Of a stretch of DNA of 64,000 bases, positions 47,748 to 58,601 are shown one piece after another (position 1 is the first letter of the stretch; each line of letters opens with the position of its first letter). The notes beneath the pieces are model-generated. The model had not been told where the DNA came from and ran no database searches. It was given only the letters and a program-made list of their open reading frames with translations. The stretch comes from Methanobacteriota archaeon. GTDB taxonomy: Archaea; Thermoplasmatota; Poseidoniia; Poseidoniales; Thalassarchaeaceae. The stretch is from the NCBI GenBank assembly GCA_016845345.1, contig JAERSV010000004.1:2083-66082 (forward strand), given 5' to 3'. A program made the translations under genes and the position numbers.

Positions 47748-48671
47748 ATGGCAGAGGGCTCGATCGCTGGAAATTTTCTCGGCTTGGAAGAGTCAACAAG
47801 AGAAGGCGCTGATATTGCGATTCTTTCCCTACCATACGAATTGACAGTCTCATACGGACAAGGCACAGAAAACGGTCCAGCAGCCTGTATTGAGGCATCG
47901 GCTCAAGTTGAATTACACGACCCATTATTGAGTGAAGATTTACCCGCTGGTCGAACAATTTTCACAGCAGAACCTTGGGATGGTGAAGGTGGTTCATTAT
48001 CAGCACAGTTAGAAGGTATTGAGAGGTATCTCAAAGAGTGGACAGAAGGTCAGGTTTTTCCTGTCGTTTTAGGGGGTGAGCATGGTTCACTCCCCGCAAT
48101 AATGAGAGCCCTTTCTAACCACCCTACTTTAGCAGGTGATTTGAGTCGCTTAACCGTTGTACAGATTGATGCACATGCTGATTTGAGAGATGAATTAGAT
48201 GGAGACAATTACAGCCACGCGTGCGCCGCGCGACGTGCGCTAGACGAAGGTGTGGGAAATTTACTACAAATTGGTGTTAGAGCATACTCTCGAGAAGAAG
48301 AAGAGTACATCAATTCAGACTCGCGTGTCTCCACATGGTTCGCTAGGGATTTCTTGGCTCCCTCAAGTGGTGAGCAAGGATGGGAAAATTTGCTGGCGGA
48401 GATTTCCGCCCTCACTGGCCCAGTTTGGCTCACTTTCGATATTGATGGATTAAATGGCTCACTGGTTCCTCACACAGGTACGCCTGTCCCAGGTGGTTTG
48501 GCTCATTGGCAAGCAGTTGAGATAATTGAAACTCTTTTTGGGGCCACTCAAGTTGAGGTGATTGGTGCTGATATTTCTGAGATTGTGGCAGGTAGTGAAA
48601 GTAATCTAACTCAATTTTCTGCGGCGATGATAGCAACAAAAATTGTCGCCGCACATATTGCAACTTTGTGA
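47748..48671 (+). CDS. speB: Agmatinase (ureohydrolase family)
   Basis: PYELTVSYG.G...GP, GGEH, DAHAD, SHAC, TFDIDG and TGTPVPGG. Confidence 0.9.
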   Translation: MAEGSIAGNFLGLEESTREGADIAILSLPYELTVSYGQGTENGPAACIEASAQVELHDPLLSEDLPAGRTIFTAEPWDGEGGSLSAQLEGIERYLKEWTEGQVFPVVLGGEHGSLPAIMRALSNHPTLAGDLSRLTVVQIDAHADLRDELDGDNYSHACAARRALDEGVGNLLQIGVRAYSREEEEYINSDSRVSTWFARDFLAPSSGEQGWENLLAEISALTGPVWLTFDIDGLNGSLVPHTGTPVPGGLAHWQAVEIIETLFGATQVEVIGADISEIVAGSESNLTQFSAAMIATKIVAAHIATL

Positions 48672-48720
48672 TTTTAAGGAAGGCTAAGGCTCAAATCATT
48701 CCACCATTACCCGGCCATTT

Positions 48721-50097
48721 GTGCCGCGCATTACGCCAGTCTTAGTTCTAGCCGTGTTGCTACTTTCTAGTGCGCCAACGGCAGTGGCTCAACAACCTGA
48801 CATTGTTCAGGAACATTGGTATCACTCCTATCTAACATTGACTACTGATGTGCAATCATGGGCTGTTGATTATCCAGAAATTGTTTTGCTGACCGTTGCT
48901 GGGCAAACTGAACTTGGTCGGAATCTCTGGGTTGTCCAAATCTCTGATTGGAGTGTTGATACAAAACCAGATGGTGCCAAAAAAGAGATTGTTTACATCG
49001 ATGGTGGCCACCATGGAAATGAGCATTTGGGGACTGAATTGGCATTCTTGACAGCAGAATTTTACATCAAAGGTTGGGCAAGTGGAGATCAGGAAGTTAT
49101 TGATGTTCTGACGACTACAGAACTTCACATACTCATCATGCTGAATGCAGATGGCAATGATTTCGACACACGTTGGAATATCAACCAAGTAGATTTGAAC
49201 CGAAATTATGACCATTACTGGAACACCTGTCCGGTGACTCAACCGGGAAGTGATGCATTCAGTGAATCTGAAACTCTTGCGAATTCTGTTTACATGAACA
49301 CAGTCGTTCCTGACGCCGATTTGTACGTTACAATGCACACTGGGGTTTGGATAATGCTCTACCCTTGGGGCAAATGGCCAGAGCAACCTTCAGATTGGGA
49401 GTTGTATCATGGCATCAGAGAGGATGTTCATGCAAATATATCGGATATTCCAATCCAAAATGCAAATCAAGGACTGTACCCAAATTGTGGAACCAGTAGA
49501 GATTATGGATATGGGGTGATGGGCTTCCCGACATTCACATTTGAAACAGATGATGAACAATGGGCACTGGGCACTGTTGAACCTCTGTCAGACCGACTTG
49601 GTGAGGAATTGGATGTTATGCGATATCTGATTAGCAACATTTGGTATTGGCGGGCCCGACTATCCGTCACTTCGTTTGAGTACAGTGAAAATTCTATTGA
49701 ACTTAAGGTTGACAACTTGGGGAGGGCTAGCACCTCAAATGCCACAGTTCGATACATCGATGATGGCGAAGTAGTGTGGACTTCAGAATTGTTTAGCGTC
49801 AATGCAACAAATAGTTCAGAGGTTCACCTTGAGACAACGAATCTGAGCCTAACACAATATGGTCACTTCGAATTATATTATCAAAAGCGCGTCATTGATG
49901 CAAGCCTATGGGTCAATGAATCAATTCCAGAAGAGGTAATTCGAGAAGTTGAGGAGAACGGAAAAGGATTCCTTTCATCGCCTGGAATCTTCATTTCTCT
50001 CCTCGCGGCATTCGGTGCCGCTTTCGCCTCACAAAGGCGTGAAACCATGTTTTTCCACAAAAAAAATGTTGGTGACACCGAAAAATTAGCACTTTAG
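48721..50097 (+). CDS. Secreted M14 zinc carboxypeptidase with C-terminal membrane anchor
   Basis: Signal peptide, HHGNE, N.DG, DLNRNY, MHT and FTFE. Confidence 0.9.
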   Translation: MPRITPVLVLAVLLLSSAPTAVAQQPDIVQEHWYHSYLTLTTDVQSWAVDYPEIVLLTVAGQTELGRNLWVVQISDWSVDTKPDGAKKEIVYIDGGHHGNEHLGTELAFLTAEFYIKGWASGDQEVIDVLTTTELHILIMLNADGNDFDTRWNINQVDLNRNYDHYWNTCPVTQPGSDAFSESETLANSVYMNTVVPDADLYVTMHTGVWIMLYPWGKWPEQPSDWELYHGIREDVHANISDIPIQNANQGLYPNCGTSRDYGYGVMGFPTFTFETDDEQWALGTVEPLSDRLGEELDVMRYLISNIWYWRARLSVTSFEYSENSIELKVDNLGRASTSNATVRYIDDGEVVWTSELFSVNATNSSEVHLETTNLSLTQYGHFELYYQKRVIDASLWVNESIPEEVIREVEENGKGFLSSPGIFISLLAAFGAAFASQRRETMFFHKKNVGDTEKLAL

Positions 50098-50149
50098 TAT
50101 ATTTTTAGTAACACTCACCTTTGAATAGTGTCGCCCAATCGGGGTGCTT

Positions 50150-51649
50150 ATGGAACACCAAGTTGGCCCAATAGATACAGTTGAACAGACACTAATCCTT
50201 CCTCTTTTTGAGGGAGTAGATAAAGCACCAAACCGTTCCTTAACGGGGTTGGGTCGAGCAGGTCAATCACAGGTTAGATCTGCTATCGCAAGTGATGATT
50301 TTGATGGTAAATCAGGTAAAATGATTTCACTATGGAATGATGATTGCAAAGTTGTTCTAGTAGGTATGGGGAAATCCAGTGATATGAAATCTAATTCTAC
50401 AAGAGACGCCGGTGCAAACGCTTTGGCGGCTCTCAATAAATCACATGGAAAAGCCCTCACTGTTCGGTTCACAAGTGGCTGGAAAGTCTCCATGATGACA
50501 GCATTTGCTGAAGGCATGATGCTGAGAGACTACAAGTTTGACAAATATCTTTCAAAGGATGATGATGACGATGATGATGACACTCCTTACACTGTGACTT
50601 TCCAATCATCAAACCGCCATCTCGACAATCTTACTGCAGGATGTGCACGCGTATCATCAATGGCAACAGGCGTGCACATCGCAAGAGACCTTGGCAACGA
50701 GCCTGCAAACAAACTGACTCCTATGGAGTATGCCTCGCGGGCTAGAGCATTTGCCAAAGGGAAGGGAAACTTGTCAGTGACCGTATTAGAGTGGGACGAA
50801 CTTCTAGAGAACAAAATGGGCGGCCTCATTAATGTTGGAAAGGGTAGTGAGCACCCACCTTGCATGGTAATTTGGGAATTAAATGCTAAGGCCAAGGACG
50901 GTCCTTGCCCTATTGTTGTTGGCAAAGGAATCACTTTTGATACCGGTGGAATTTCATTGAAGCCAGGTGCTGGAATGGATGAAATGAAATTTGATATGCA
51001 CGGTTCCGCAACCGTGTTTGGTTTGATGGTCGCATTGCATGGTGTTGGTCACAAGGGCCACATGATGGCGATTTCTTGCATGGCAGAAAACAGTCCGAGT
51101 TCAACTGCTTACAGACCGGGTGATGTAATTCCTACATACTCAGGAAAAACCGTTGAAGTGTTAAACACAGACGCTGAAGGCAGACTGGTACTCGCTGACG
51201 GATTGTGGAAAGCAGGCGAGTATAATCCTGAATACATCATTGACCTCGCTACCTTGACTGGTGCATGTGTAATAGCATTAGGACACGAGGCTAGTGGCTT
51301 GTGGTCTAACGATGATGACTTGTTAGAAAATTTACGAAAGGCAGCGGCAGATAGCGGCGAGTTGGCTTGGCCGATGCCTCTCTTGCCAGCATTTGAGAAG
51401 CAAATGACAGGTTCAAAAATTGCCGACGTGAAAAATCTTGGAGATAGATACGGTGGCTCTAATTCTGCGGCGGCATTCCTCAAACAATTCGTTCCGAAGA
51501 ATGGGGATGGAGATGACGCAAAGCAATATCCATGGGCACATTTAGACATCGCTGGAACAGCGTGGGGCACCTCAACTAATGCAATGGTTGCCCACGGTGC
51601 AACCGGGGTACATGTACGAACTTTGGTTCGTCTAATCAATGGGGCGTGA
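50150..51649 (+). CDS. pepA: Leucyl aminopeptidase (M17)
   Basis: VGKGITFDTGG, MKFDM, NTDAEGRL, ATLTG and HLDIAG. Confidence 0.95.
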   Translation: MEHQVGPIDTVEQTLILPLFEGVDKAPNRSLTGLGRAGQSQVRSAIASDDFDGKSGKMISLWNDDCKVVLVGMGKSSDMKSNSTRDAGANALAALNKSHGKALTVRFTSGWKVSMMTAFAEGMMLRDYKFDKYLSKDDDDDDDDTPYTVTFQSSNRHLDNLTAGCARVSSMATGVHIARDLGNEPANKLTPMEYASRARAFAKGKGNLSVTVLEWDELLENKMGGLINVGKGSEHPPCMVIWELNAKAKDGPCPIVVGKGITFDTGGISLKPGAGMDEMKFDMHGSATVFGLMVALHGVGHKGHMMAISCMAENSPSSTAYRPGDVIPTYSGKTVEVLNTDAEGRLVLADGLWKAGEYNPEYIIDLATLTGACVIALGHEASGLWSNDDDLLENLRKAAADSGELAWPMPLLPAFEKQMTGSKIADVKNLGDRYGGSNSAAAFLKQFVPKNGDGDDAKQYPWAHLDIAGTAWGTSTNAMVAHGATGVHVRTLVRLINGA

Positions 51650-52097
51650 ATGTTTGGCCTCTCCACTCGTGAAGTGTCTTGACCACCTAAACATGAGTTC
51701 TTCAAATTTTGAAAAGAGCGTAGAATGGTACTCCAGAGTTTTTGGTTTCGAGTTACGTGAGCAAGGAGAGGACGAAGGAAAACCTTGGGGGGTTCTCTCT
51801 TGTGGGGACGCCCTCCTATGTATCTATGAACAGCCCGGATTAATAGTCAAAGACAGATTTGAGATGAAGGATGCTGGCCTACATTATCTTGCACATTTCG
51901 GACTTAGAATCACAGACCGTGAGGAGTGGGAGAAAACAATTGAAAGAGAAAATCTCTTCATTCTCTATGGTGGGGCCTGTAAGTTTCCACATTCTACTGC
52001 ATGGTATGTCAAGGACCCAACTGGTTGGGAAATTGAAGTTGCACTTTGGGATGATGGTGCGCCATCCTTTGACAGTGTAGCACACACTGTAGAATAA
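51639..52097 (+). CDS. VOC/glyoxalase-family protein
   Basis: LDHLN.......S..WY..VFG, HFGL and YVKDPTGWEIE. Confidence 0.85.
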   Translation: MGRECLASPLVKCLDHLNMSSSNFEKSVEWYSRVFGFELREQGEDEGKPWGVLSCGDALLCIYEQPGLIVKDRFEMKDAGLHYLAHFGLRITDREEWEKTIERENLFILYGGACKFPHSTAWYVKDPTGWEIEVALWDDGAPSFDSVAHTVE

Positions 52098-52128
52098 CAA
52101 AATCACTTTGGCATTTTGCCTGTGATTA

Positions 52129-54006
52129 TCATTCATCATCGACTACTTCGAAGTCAGCGTCAACAACATCATTGCCATCAGCACTTGCTTCTTCTGCAGC
52201 TTCTTCTGATTCCATCTGGGCTGAGGCTGCTTCGTACAACTTAGCAGAGATTGCGTGCATAGCCTCTTCCAATTCCTTGACTTTGGCTTGGATTGCATCC
52301 TCATCGATATCTTCAATTTCCTTTGGAGTGCCATCTTCAACGATGAGGTCTTCAAGTTCTGTGAGCTTTTCTTCAACAGGTTCTTTGTCTTCATCTGTGA
52401 TTTTATCTTCTGCCTCTTTCAAGGTTCTACGAGTTTGGTAGATGATACTGTCTGCGGAGTTTCGAATTTCGACTTTTGCTTTTCTTGAACTATCTTCTTC
52501 AGCGAATTTTTCAGCATCAGAAATCTTTTGCTGGATTTCATCTTCACTTAGTGAGGTTGCAGATTCAATTCGGATTGACTGTTCTTTGCCAGTTCCCAAA
52601 TCCTTTGCTGAAACGCTTACAATTCCGTTTGCATCAATGTCGAATGCGACTTCAATCTGTGGCATTCCTCTTGGAGCCGCTGGGATTCCTTCGAGGAAAA
52701 ATCGACCTAGTGTTATGTTGTCACGAGCGAATTCACGCTCTCCTTGCAACACATGAATTTCAACCGCTGGCTGATTATCGCTTGCGGTTGAGAAGGTTTC
52801 AGAGCGCTTTGTTGGAATTGTAGTATTTCGCTCAATCATTGAAGTAGTTACTCCACCAAGAGTTTCAATTCCAAGGCTAAGTGGTGTTACATCGAGTAGA
52901 AGTACATCGGTTACTGCGTCATCACCAACGATGATTCCGGCCTGAAGTGCTGCACCAAGAGCAACTGCCTCATCAGGGTTGATTCCCTTGTAGGTTTTAT
53001 TCCCAAGTTCCTTCTCAATGGCTTCTTGCACTGCTGGAACTCTAGTTGAGCCACCAATCAGTAAGATTTTGTCGATTTCAGAGGCTGAAATTCCCGCATC
53101 TTTGACAGCTTGTCGGGTTGGTTTCATTGAATTCTCAATGAGTTCGCTGATCAAATCCTCGAACTTTGCCCGTGTTAGGGTTAGGTCAAGGTGAGCAGGC
53201 TGACCATCCACCATGGTAATGAATGGAAGATTCATTTGAGCCTGGGAAGTTCCAGAGAGTTCTATCTTCGCCTTCTCAGCAGATTCCTTGAGACGGCTCA
53301 TCGCCTGCAAATCCTTTGACAAATCGATGCCACTTGATTTTTTGAATTCTGCAACGGCCCACTTGATTACTTCTTCATCAAAATCATCGCCACCGAGTTT
53401 GTTGTTTCCTGCAGTTGCTTTGACTTCAATCTGTGGTTGCCCATCTATTAGATAGATTTCAAGAACAGATACATCAAATGTCCCGCCACCCAAATCGTAG
53501 ACTAAAATTGTCTGGTCGTCTTCTTTGTCGACTCCAAAAGCAAGTGCTGCTGCAGTTGGTTCATTGATGATACGCAATACTTCGAGACCAGCAATTCTAC
53601 CAGCATCTTTAGTCGCTTTACGCTGAGCATCAGTAAAATATGCTGGACAGGTAATCACAGCTTGCTTCACTTCTTGTCCAAGATATGCTTCAGCATCTGC
53701 TTTCATCTTCTGGAGAATGAAGGCTGAAACTTCTTGAGGAGTGTATTCAGCATCATCAATTTTCTGAGTCCAATCGCTACCCATCTCTCTTTTTACAGAA
53801 AGAATGGTGCGGTCTGAGTTGGTTACCGCTTGGCGCTTGGCGGTTACACCGACCATGCGCTCTCCATCGGTTGCAAAAGCGACTACGCTTGGTGTAGTTC
53901 GCGCTCCTTCTGCATTAGCGATTACTATCGCTTCTCCACCTTCAATAGTCGCTACACAACTATTTGTCGTTCCTAAATCAATTCCAATTACTGGGTTTTT
54001 TACCAT
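52129..54006 (-). CDS. dnaK: Hsp70 chaperone DnaK
   Basis: [31 protein letters not shown] and the C-terminal DADFEVV. Confidence 0.98.
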   Translation of the reverse strand: MVKNPVIGIDLGTTNSCVATIEGGEAIVIANAEGARTTPSVVAFATDGERMVGVTAKRQAVTNSDRTILSVKREMGSDWTQKIDDAEYTPQEVSAFILQKMKADAEAYLGQEVKQAVITCPAYFTDAQRKATKDAGRIAGLEVLRIINEPTAAALAFGVDKEDDQTILVYDLGGGTFDVSVLEIYLIDGQPQIEVKATAGNNKLGGDDFDEEVIKWAVAEFKKSSGIDLSKDLQAMSRLKESAEKAKIELSGTSQAQMNLPFITMVDGQPAHLDLTLTRAKFEDLISELIENSMKPTRQAVKDAGISASEIDKILLIGGSTRVPAVQEAIEKELGNKTYKGINPDEAVALGAALQAGIIVGDDAVTDVLLLDVTPLSLGIETLGGVTTSMIERNTTIPTKRSETFSTASDNQPAVEIHVLQGEREFARDNITLGRFFLEGIPAAPRGMPQIEVAFDIDANGIVSVSAKDLGTGKEQSIRIESATSLSEDEIQQKISDAEKFAEEDSSRKAKVEIRNSADSIIYQTRRTLKEAEDKITDEDKEPVEEKLTELEDLIVEDGTPKEIEDIDEDAIQAKVKELEEAMHAISAKLYEAASAQMESEEAAEEASADGNDVVDADFEVVDDE

Positions 54007-54020
54007 TTTTTTCACTTCCT

Positions 54021-54599
54021 TCAAATTATTAGAGTCATATCCAATATTCCGTTGTTTATCGACCATTCATCAATCGCTTCAACAACCCTGCCAATGTTGT
54101 ACTTTCTTACTGGTCTTGGCCTGCCTTCAACCATTACGCTGACAACCGAGTTGTCATTGGTGAGAACGATTTCAACGCCTTCGCCACTATCATCAATCTC
54201 ATCGATTCGGCTACAATCAAGAGTCAGAATCATTCTATCACCATCAATGAAGATATCTTCTTCGTTTACTGGCACCAATTCTTCTGAATCAGATTTTGTT
54301 TCTTCCAATGTATCTACTTCAATGGATACTGGCTTTTTTTGTGGGAATTTCCCTCCCATCATTTTTGCCAAATCATTCATGGTTGCTTCTAAATTCAATT
54401 CGATTTTTTCGCCAGCCATCTTTTCTGGGTCTATACCCATTTCTTCAAATTGGCCACGAATTTGGTCCATCATACCTCGAATGGTTGCTGTATCTATTGG
54501 CATACCCATGTCATTAAACATCTTTGAGAGCTGTTCTAGGAGTTGCTCTTCCCAGTCTTCTCCGCCCGGTGTAAATCCTTTTTCTGACATGCCAAACAC
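54021..54599 (-). CDS. Small heat-shock (Hsp20/alpha-crystallin-like) related protein
   Basis: Met/Phe-rich N-terminal region and C-terminal [10 protein letters not shown] (sHSP NGVL-like); directly upstream of dnaK. Confidence 0.55.
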   Translation of the reverse strand: MFGMSEKGFTPGGEDWEEQLLEQLSKMFNDMGMPIDTATIRGMMDQIRGQFEEMGIDPEKMAGEKIELNLEATMNDLAKMMGGKFPQKKPVSIEVDTLEETKSDSEELVPVNEEDIFIDGDRMILTLDCSRIDEIDDSGEGVEIVLTNDNSVVSVMVEGRPRPVRKYNIGRVVEAIDEWSINNGILDMTLII

Positions 54600-54809
54600 T
54601 CACTTGTTAACCTGTGGTTGTATAGTGCGAATAGCCAGCCATATATGAACCCTTGCGATTCACTACATTGACACATCAAGTATGTAAGATGCAGAATTAT
54701 CTAATCAAAATGAAAATTTCTTCTGAATATTGGCAGTTGTTGGAGTGTATTTCACTCAACTATCACCCGTCCATCGGCCTTAAGACACACCCGTCTCTCG
54801 GCTTGGTTA

Positions 54810-56420
54810 ATGGTAACTCAAGAGCATGAGTCTCTACTCAGTGAGACAGAGCGTTCACAGGGTCGTGTTGCCTTGCGGAACAATGTTGCCGCCGCCTCTG
54901 CATTAGCAGATGCTGTCCGTAGTACCTTAGGGCCAAAGGGCCTTGACAAAATGCTAGTCAGTGGTGAAGGAGGAGTAACTGTCACCAATGATGGTGTTAC
55001 AGTGCTTGAAACGGCGCAGGTTGAGCATCCAACTGCTAAGATGCTGATTGCACAATCTAGTGCTCAGGACCGAGAGGCTGGAGATGGTACTACAAGTACT
55101 GTTATCTTGACTGCAGAATTACTACAGAATGCATTAGAGTTGATTGAGATGGGAGTTCATCCAACGCTAGTTGAGAAGGGCTACCGCTTGGCAAGTAAAG
55201 AAGCCATGAATCACCTCCAAGAGATTTCAAGAGAAGCCACAGAAGAAGATTCGCTTCGCTCGGTAATGACTTCACTATCAGGAAAATCAGACGAGGGGGT
55301 TCGCCGTCATCTCTCACAACTTGCAGTCTCTGCTGCCACAGCATTAGCAACAGAGATAAATGGTAAAATTGAGGCTGATCCAACTTTAGTTAAGAAAGTA
55401 AATGATGGTGGTAGGCCTAGTACTGAAAGCGAATTAGTGTCGGGATTAGTGATTGCAAAAGAGCCGATTCACCCCGAAATGGAAATGTTTCCAGATGGTG
55501 GTAAAATCCTCATTCTTGATGGTGGAATCAGCCGTCGTAAACCCGACCTTGACATCAGTCTCAAAGTTACAGATATTGGTATGACATCAGCTCTTAATGC
55601 ACAAGAGTTGGAAGACATCAAAAATCGTGTAGATGTCATTACAGCAACTGGCTGTAATCTTCTATGTGCACGTGATGGGATAGATGATGATGCTCGTGGC
55701 ATGCTACTTGATGCGGGGATTACAGCCTACCGTAGAATTGAGAAACCGGACCTAGAATTACTGGCCCGAACCACAGGAGCATTGGTAGTTCATGAGCCCA
55801 CTTTAGCCAAGCGGGAAGACCTTGGAAACTTTACTTCACTCAACACCCAGACTTGGAATGATGTCTCACAGATGCAACTCATCGGTAGCGAAAAAGGAGG
55901 TCTCACCTTGGTTGTTCGCGGTACTACTAAGACTAGGATTGACGAAGTCTCTCGAGGATTTGATGATGCATCAGGCGTTGCCTGTGGTCTTGTAAGAGAT
56001 CCACGAATTTTGCCAGGTGGTGGTGCAACACAGATGGCTTTAGCCCGCCACTTGCGAAAGATTGCACCAACTGTTCCCGGACGAGAACAATTGGCAATTG
56101 AGGCTTTTTCCGGTGCATTAGAATCTATTCCGAGAATCTTGGCTGAGAATGCTGGGCTTTCTCCTCTTGATGAGGTACTAAGGCTCAATGCCGCACAAGA
56201 AAAAGGAGGAGATTGGATTGGGCTCAATATGTATTCGGGCGAGACAGAATCAATGTATGATGCTGGTATAATTGAGCCGTTGGCAGTTAGCCTGAATGCG
56301 ATTTCAGGTGCTATGGAAGCGGCCGTTTCAGTTCTAAGAATCGATGATGTGCTGTGGGCTAATCAAGACCCTTCAATTCCAGATTGGGAAAAAGCCGATG
56401 GGTCTGCAGGCGAAACTTGA
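54810..56420 (+). CDS. Divergent group II chaperonin (thermosome-like subunit)
   Basis: STLGPKGLDKML, TNDGVT, GDGTTS, PGGGA, LAENAG and LRIDD. Confidence 0.9.
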   Translation: MVTQEHESLLSETERSQGRVALRNNVAAASALADAVRSTLGPKGLDKMLVSGEGGVTVTNDGVTVLETAQVEHPTAKMLIAQSSAQDREAGDGTTSTVILTAELLQNALELIEMGVHPTLVEKGYRLASKEAMNHLQEISREATEEDSLRSVMTSLSGKSDEGVRRHLSQLAVSAATALATEINGKIEADPTLVKKVNDGGRPSTESELVSGLVIAKEPIHPEMEMFPDGGKILILDGGISRRKPDLDISLKVTDIGMTSALNAQELEDIKNRVDVITATGCNLLCARDGIDDDARGMLLDAGITAYRRIEKPDLELLARTTGALVVHEPTLAKREDLGNFTSLNTQTWNDVSQMQLIGSEKGGLTLVVRGTTKTRIDEVSRGFDDASGVACGLVRDPRILPGGGATQMALARHLRKIAPTVPGREQLAIEAFSGALESIPRILAENAGLSPLDEVLRLNAAQEKGGDWIGLNMYSGETESMYDAGIIEPLAVSLNAISGAMEAAVSVLRIDDVLWANQDPSIPDWEKADGSAGET

Positions 56421-56451
56421 ACGTGGTTTAAACCCACAAGGGTCCGAACCC

Positions 56452-57501
56452 TTATTCTTCTTCAGAGGGTGGATTTTTTGATAGCATGATTGCCATGGGT
56501 TTAGTACGTTCATCATTCTCAAGTGCTAACTTCATGATGACTCCCAGAGGTACTCCAAGAACCATCCCCATTAGTCCCCAAAGCCAACCCCAGAAGGCAA
56601 CTAAAAGAAGTAGCGCAATCGGTGAAATGTCAAGTCTTTGACCGGAAAGTTGTGGTTCAATGAAGCCACCCCAGGTCTGCTGATTAGCAACTAGAAGAAC
56701 AACTAACAGAGCAAGTGTTGTTGGCTCAAACAGAACAAATCCAAGAATAATTGGAGGGATGGTGGCAATGAGTCCACCAATGTAAGGCACGAAGTCAAGC
56801 AAGAAAGCGATACACGCCCACAATAACCATCCAGGGATTCCAAAGAAAAACAGAATCAGTGCTACACAAACTGATTGCCCAAAGGCTACAGAAGCTCTTG
56901 TCGCGACGTAGGTGGTCACACTCTCCCCAGAACCTTCAGCGATGTTTTCGAATCTTGCCACTTGGTCTGGATAGGCTGCTCTGAGCCGATTAGGAAGTGA
57001 TTCAGCCTCAAGGATGATGAAAATCAGAAAGATGAGCGTAGTTAAGACTCCACCAGTAAAACTAGCCAAAGAGCCGAGGAAATTCTTTGACATCGCTTCA
57101 ATAGATTCAACCCCCACTTGGTCAACTACTGAACCTAACTCAATTGAGTAACCAAAAAGTGTCAGCCCCTCAAGCCAAGCCACTTTTGCATGGAATTGTT
57201 CTGTGAGTTGGGGTACTTGGTCTGAAAAAGATTGCAAATTCGCATACAGAAGAACCGCTACTACCGAGATGAATCCAATAGTCAAAAACACCAGAATTCC
57301 ATATGCCATCAAAGGATGACCATAGCGCTTCTCAAGCCATTGTGCTGGAGGGTAAATCAGGAAGAAAAGTAGGATAGCGACTACGAATGGTTGAATCACA
57401 GATTTTAGGTGAATAAGTGCTAATACAGATACAAGTAACAGAATGGCAACATTTGCCGCTGTACTCAATTTCACGCCATAAAATCTGTCTACTTTTCCCA
57501 T
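56452..57501 (-). CDS. AI-2E family transporter
   Basis: FVPYIG, IEPQLSG..LDISP and WGWLWGLMGMVLGVP. Confidence 0.9.
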   Translation of the reverse strand: MGKVDRFYGVKLSTAANVAILLLVSVLALIHLKSVIQPFVVAILLFFLIYPPAQWLEKRYGHPLMAYGILVFLTIGFISVVAVLLYANLQSFSDQVPQLTEQFHAKVAWLEGLTLFGYSIELGSVVDQVGVESIEAMSKNFLGSLASFTGGVLTTLIFLIFIILEAESLPNRLRAAYPDQVARFENIAEGSGESVTTYVATRASVAFGQSVCVALILFFFGIPGWLLWACIAFLLDFVPYIGGLIATIPPIILGFVLFEPTTLALLVVLLVANQQTWGGFIEPQLSGQRLDISPIALLLLVAFWGWLWGLMGMVLGVPLGVIMKLALENDERTKPMAIMLSKNPPSEEE

Positions 57502-57510
57502 TCTATCACC

Positions 57511-58482
57511 TCACGCCTCAACCTCGCGTGCGCGGGTCAGGTTGGTTAACATTTCATTTACTAATTTTTCGAGACCAAATTCAGCCGTCCATCCCCAATC
57601 ATTTTTTGCTTCTGTATCATCTACAGAATCGGGCCAAGAATCAGCATATTCTTGTCTAATATCGGGTGAATAAGTGCATTCAAACGGATCGATTACTTTG
57701 CTAATTTCAGCCACCAACTCAGTCACTGAAAATGAACAGGCAGCAATATTGTAGCCTCCCCGCGCATCTGAAATTGATTCCGTCGGCGCATCCATCAATT
57801 CGAGTGTTGCTCGAATTGCATCATCCATATACATCATCGGAAGCCGAGTGTTTGGGCCAACAAAACACGAGTATTTCCCACTCATAATTGCATGGTGGAA
57901 AATATCCACAGCATAGTCAGTAGTGCCACCGCCGGCTGGAGCCTTCCATGAAATAAGTCCGGGGTAGCGAAGCCCTCTCACATCAACCCCGTGAACTTCC
58001 CAGTAATATCTCGCCATAACTTCCCCAGAGACCTTTGTTTTCCCGTAGGTCGTTGTAGGGTTTAGTGGAGTTATTTGAGGCGCGTGGTCTGGACAATCTG
58101 GGCCAAAAACAGCAATAGAAGAAGGTGAGAAAACACGTAAATCGTACACCCTTGCTAATTCCAAAACATTTGCGAGTCCACCAATATTTACTCGTTCACA
58201 CAGTTCAGGATTTTGTTCACCAGTTGCTGAAAGGATCGCCGCGAGGTGGTAGATGATGCTGACATCGTTATCTTCGATTATGGCTTTTAATGAATCTTTT
58301 TCCAATACATCAGCAGTTAGAAATCGACCATTATTGATGATAGGATGGTTTTCAATTTCACGAACATCAGAAGCAATCACCGAGTCGCTTCCATAGCGTT
58401 CACGCAGGGCCGAAACCAATTCGGTTCCAATTTGTCCAAGGGCGCCAGTAACCAGTACCGTAGGGGGTGACGCCTCGCTCAT
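57511..58482 (-). CDS. L-threonine 3-dehydrogenase (extended SDR)
   Basis: GALGQIG, HLAAILSATGE, PSSIAVFG, YGKTK and GGGTTDYAV. Confidence 0.88.
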   Translation of the reverse strand: MSEASPPTVLVTGALGQIGTELVSALRERYGSDSVIASDVREIENHPIINNGRFLTADVLEKDSLKAIIEDNDVSIIYHLAAILSATGEQNPELCERVNIGGLANVLELARVYDLRVFSPSSIAVFGPDCPDHAPQITPLNPTTTYGKTKVSGEVMARYYWEVHGVDVRGLRYPGLISWKAPAGGGTTDYAVDIFHHAIMSGKYSCFVGPNTRLPMMYMDDAIRATLELMDAPTESISDARGGYNIAACSFSVTELVAEISKVIDPFECTYSPDIRQEYADSWPDSVDDTEAKNDWGWTAEFGLEKLVNEMLTNLTRAREVEA

Positions 58483-58601
58483 CAGCGTTCGCTGTGGCAG
58501 GCGCTACTTGAAATTAAGCAAGCCGCGTTGGCCCCCAAATAGTGGGTTCTTCACTAACCTTCATAGGCTATGCCCAACGGGTCCATATCCCGTTGATTGC
58601 C

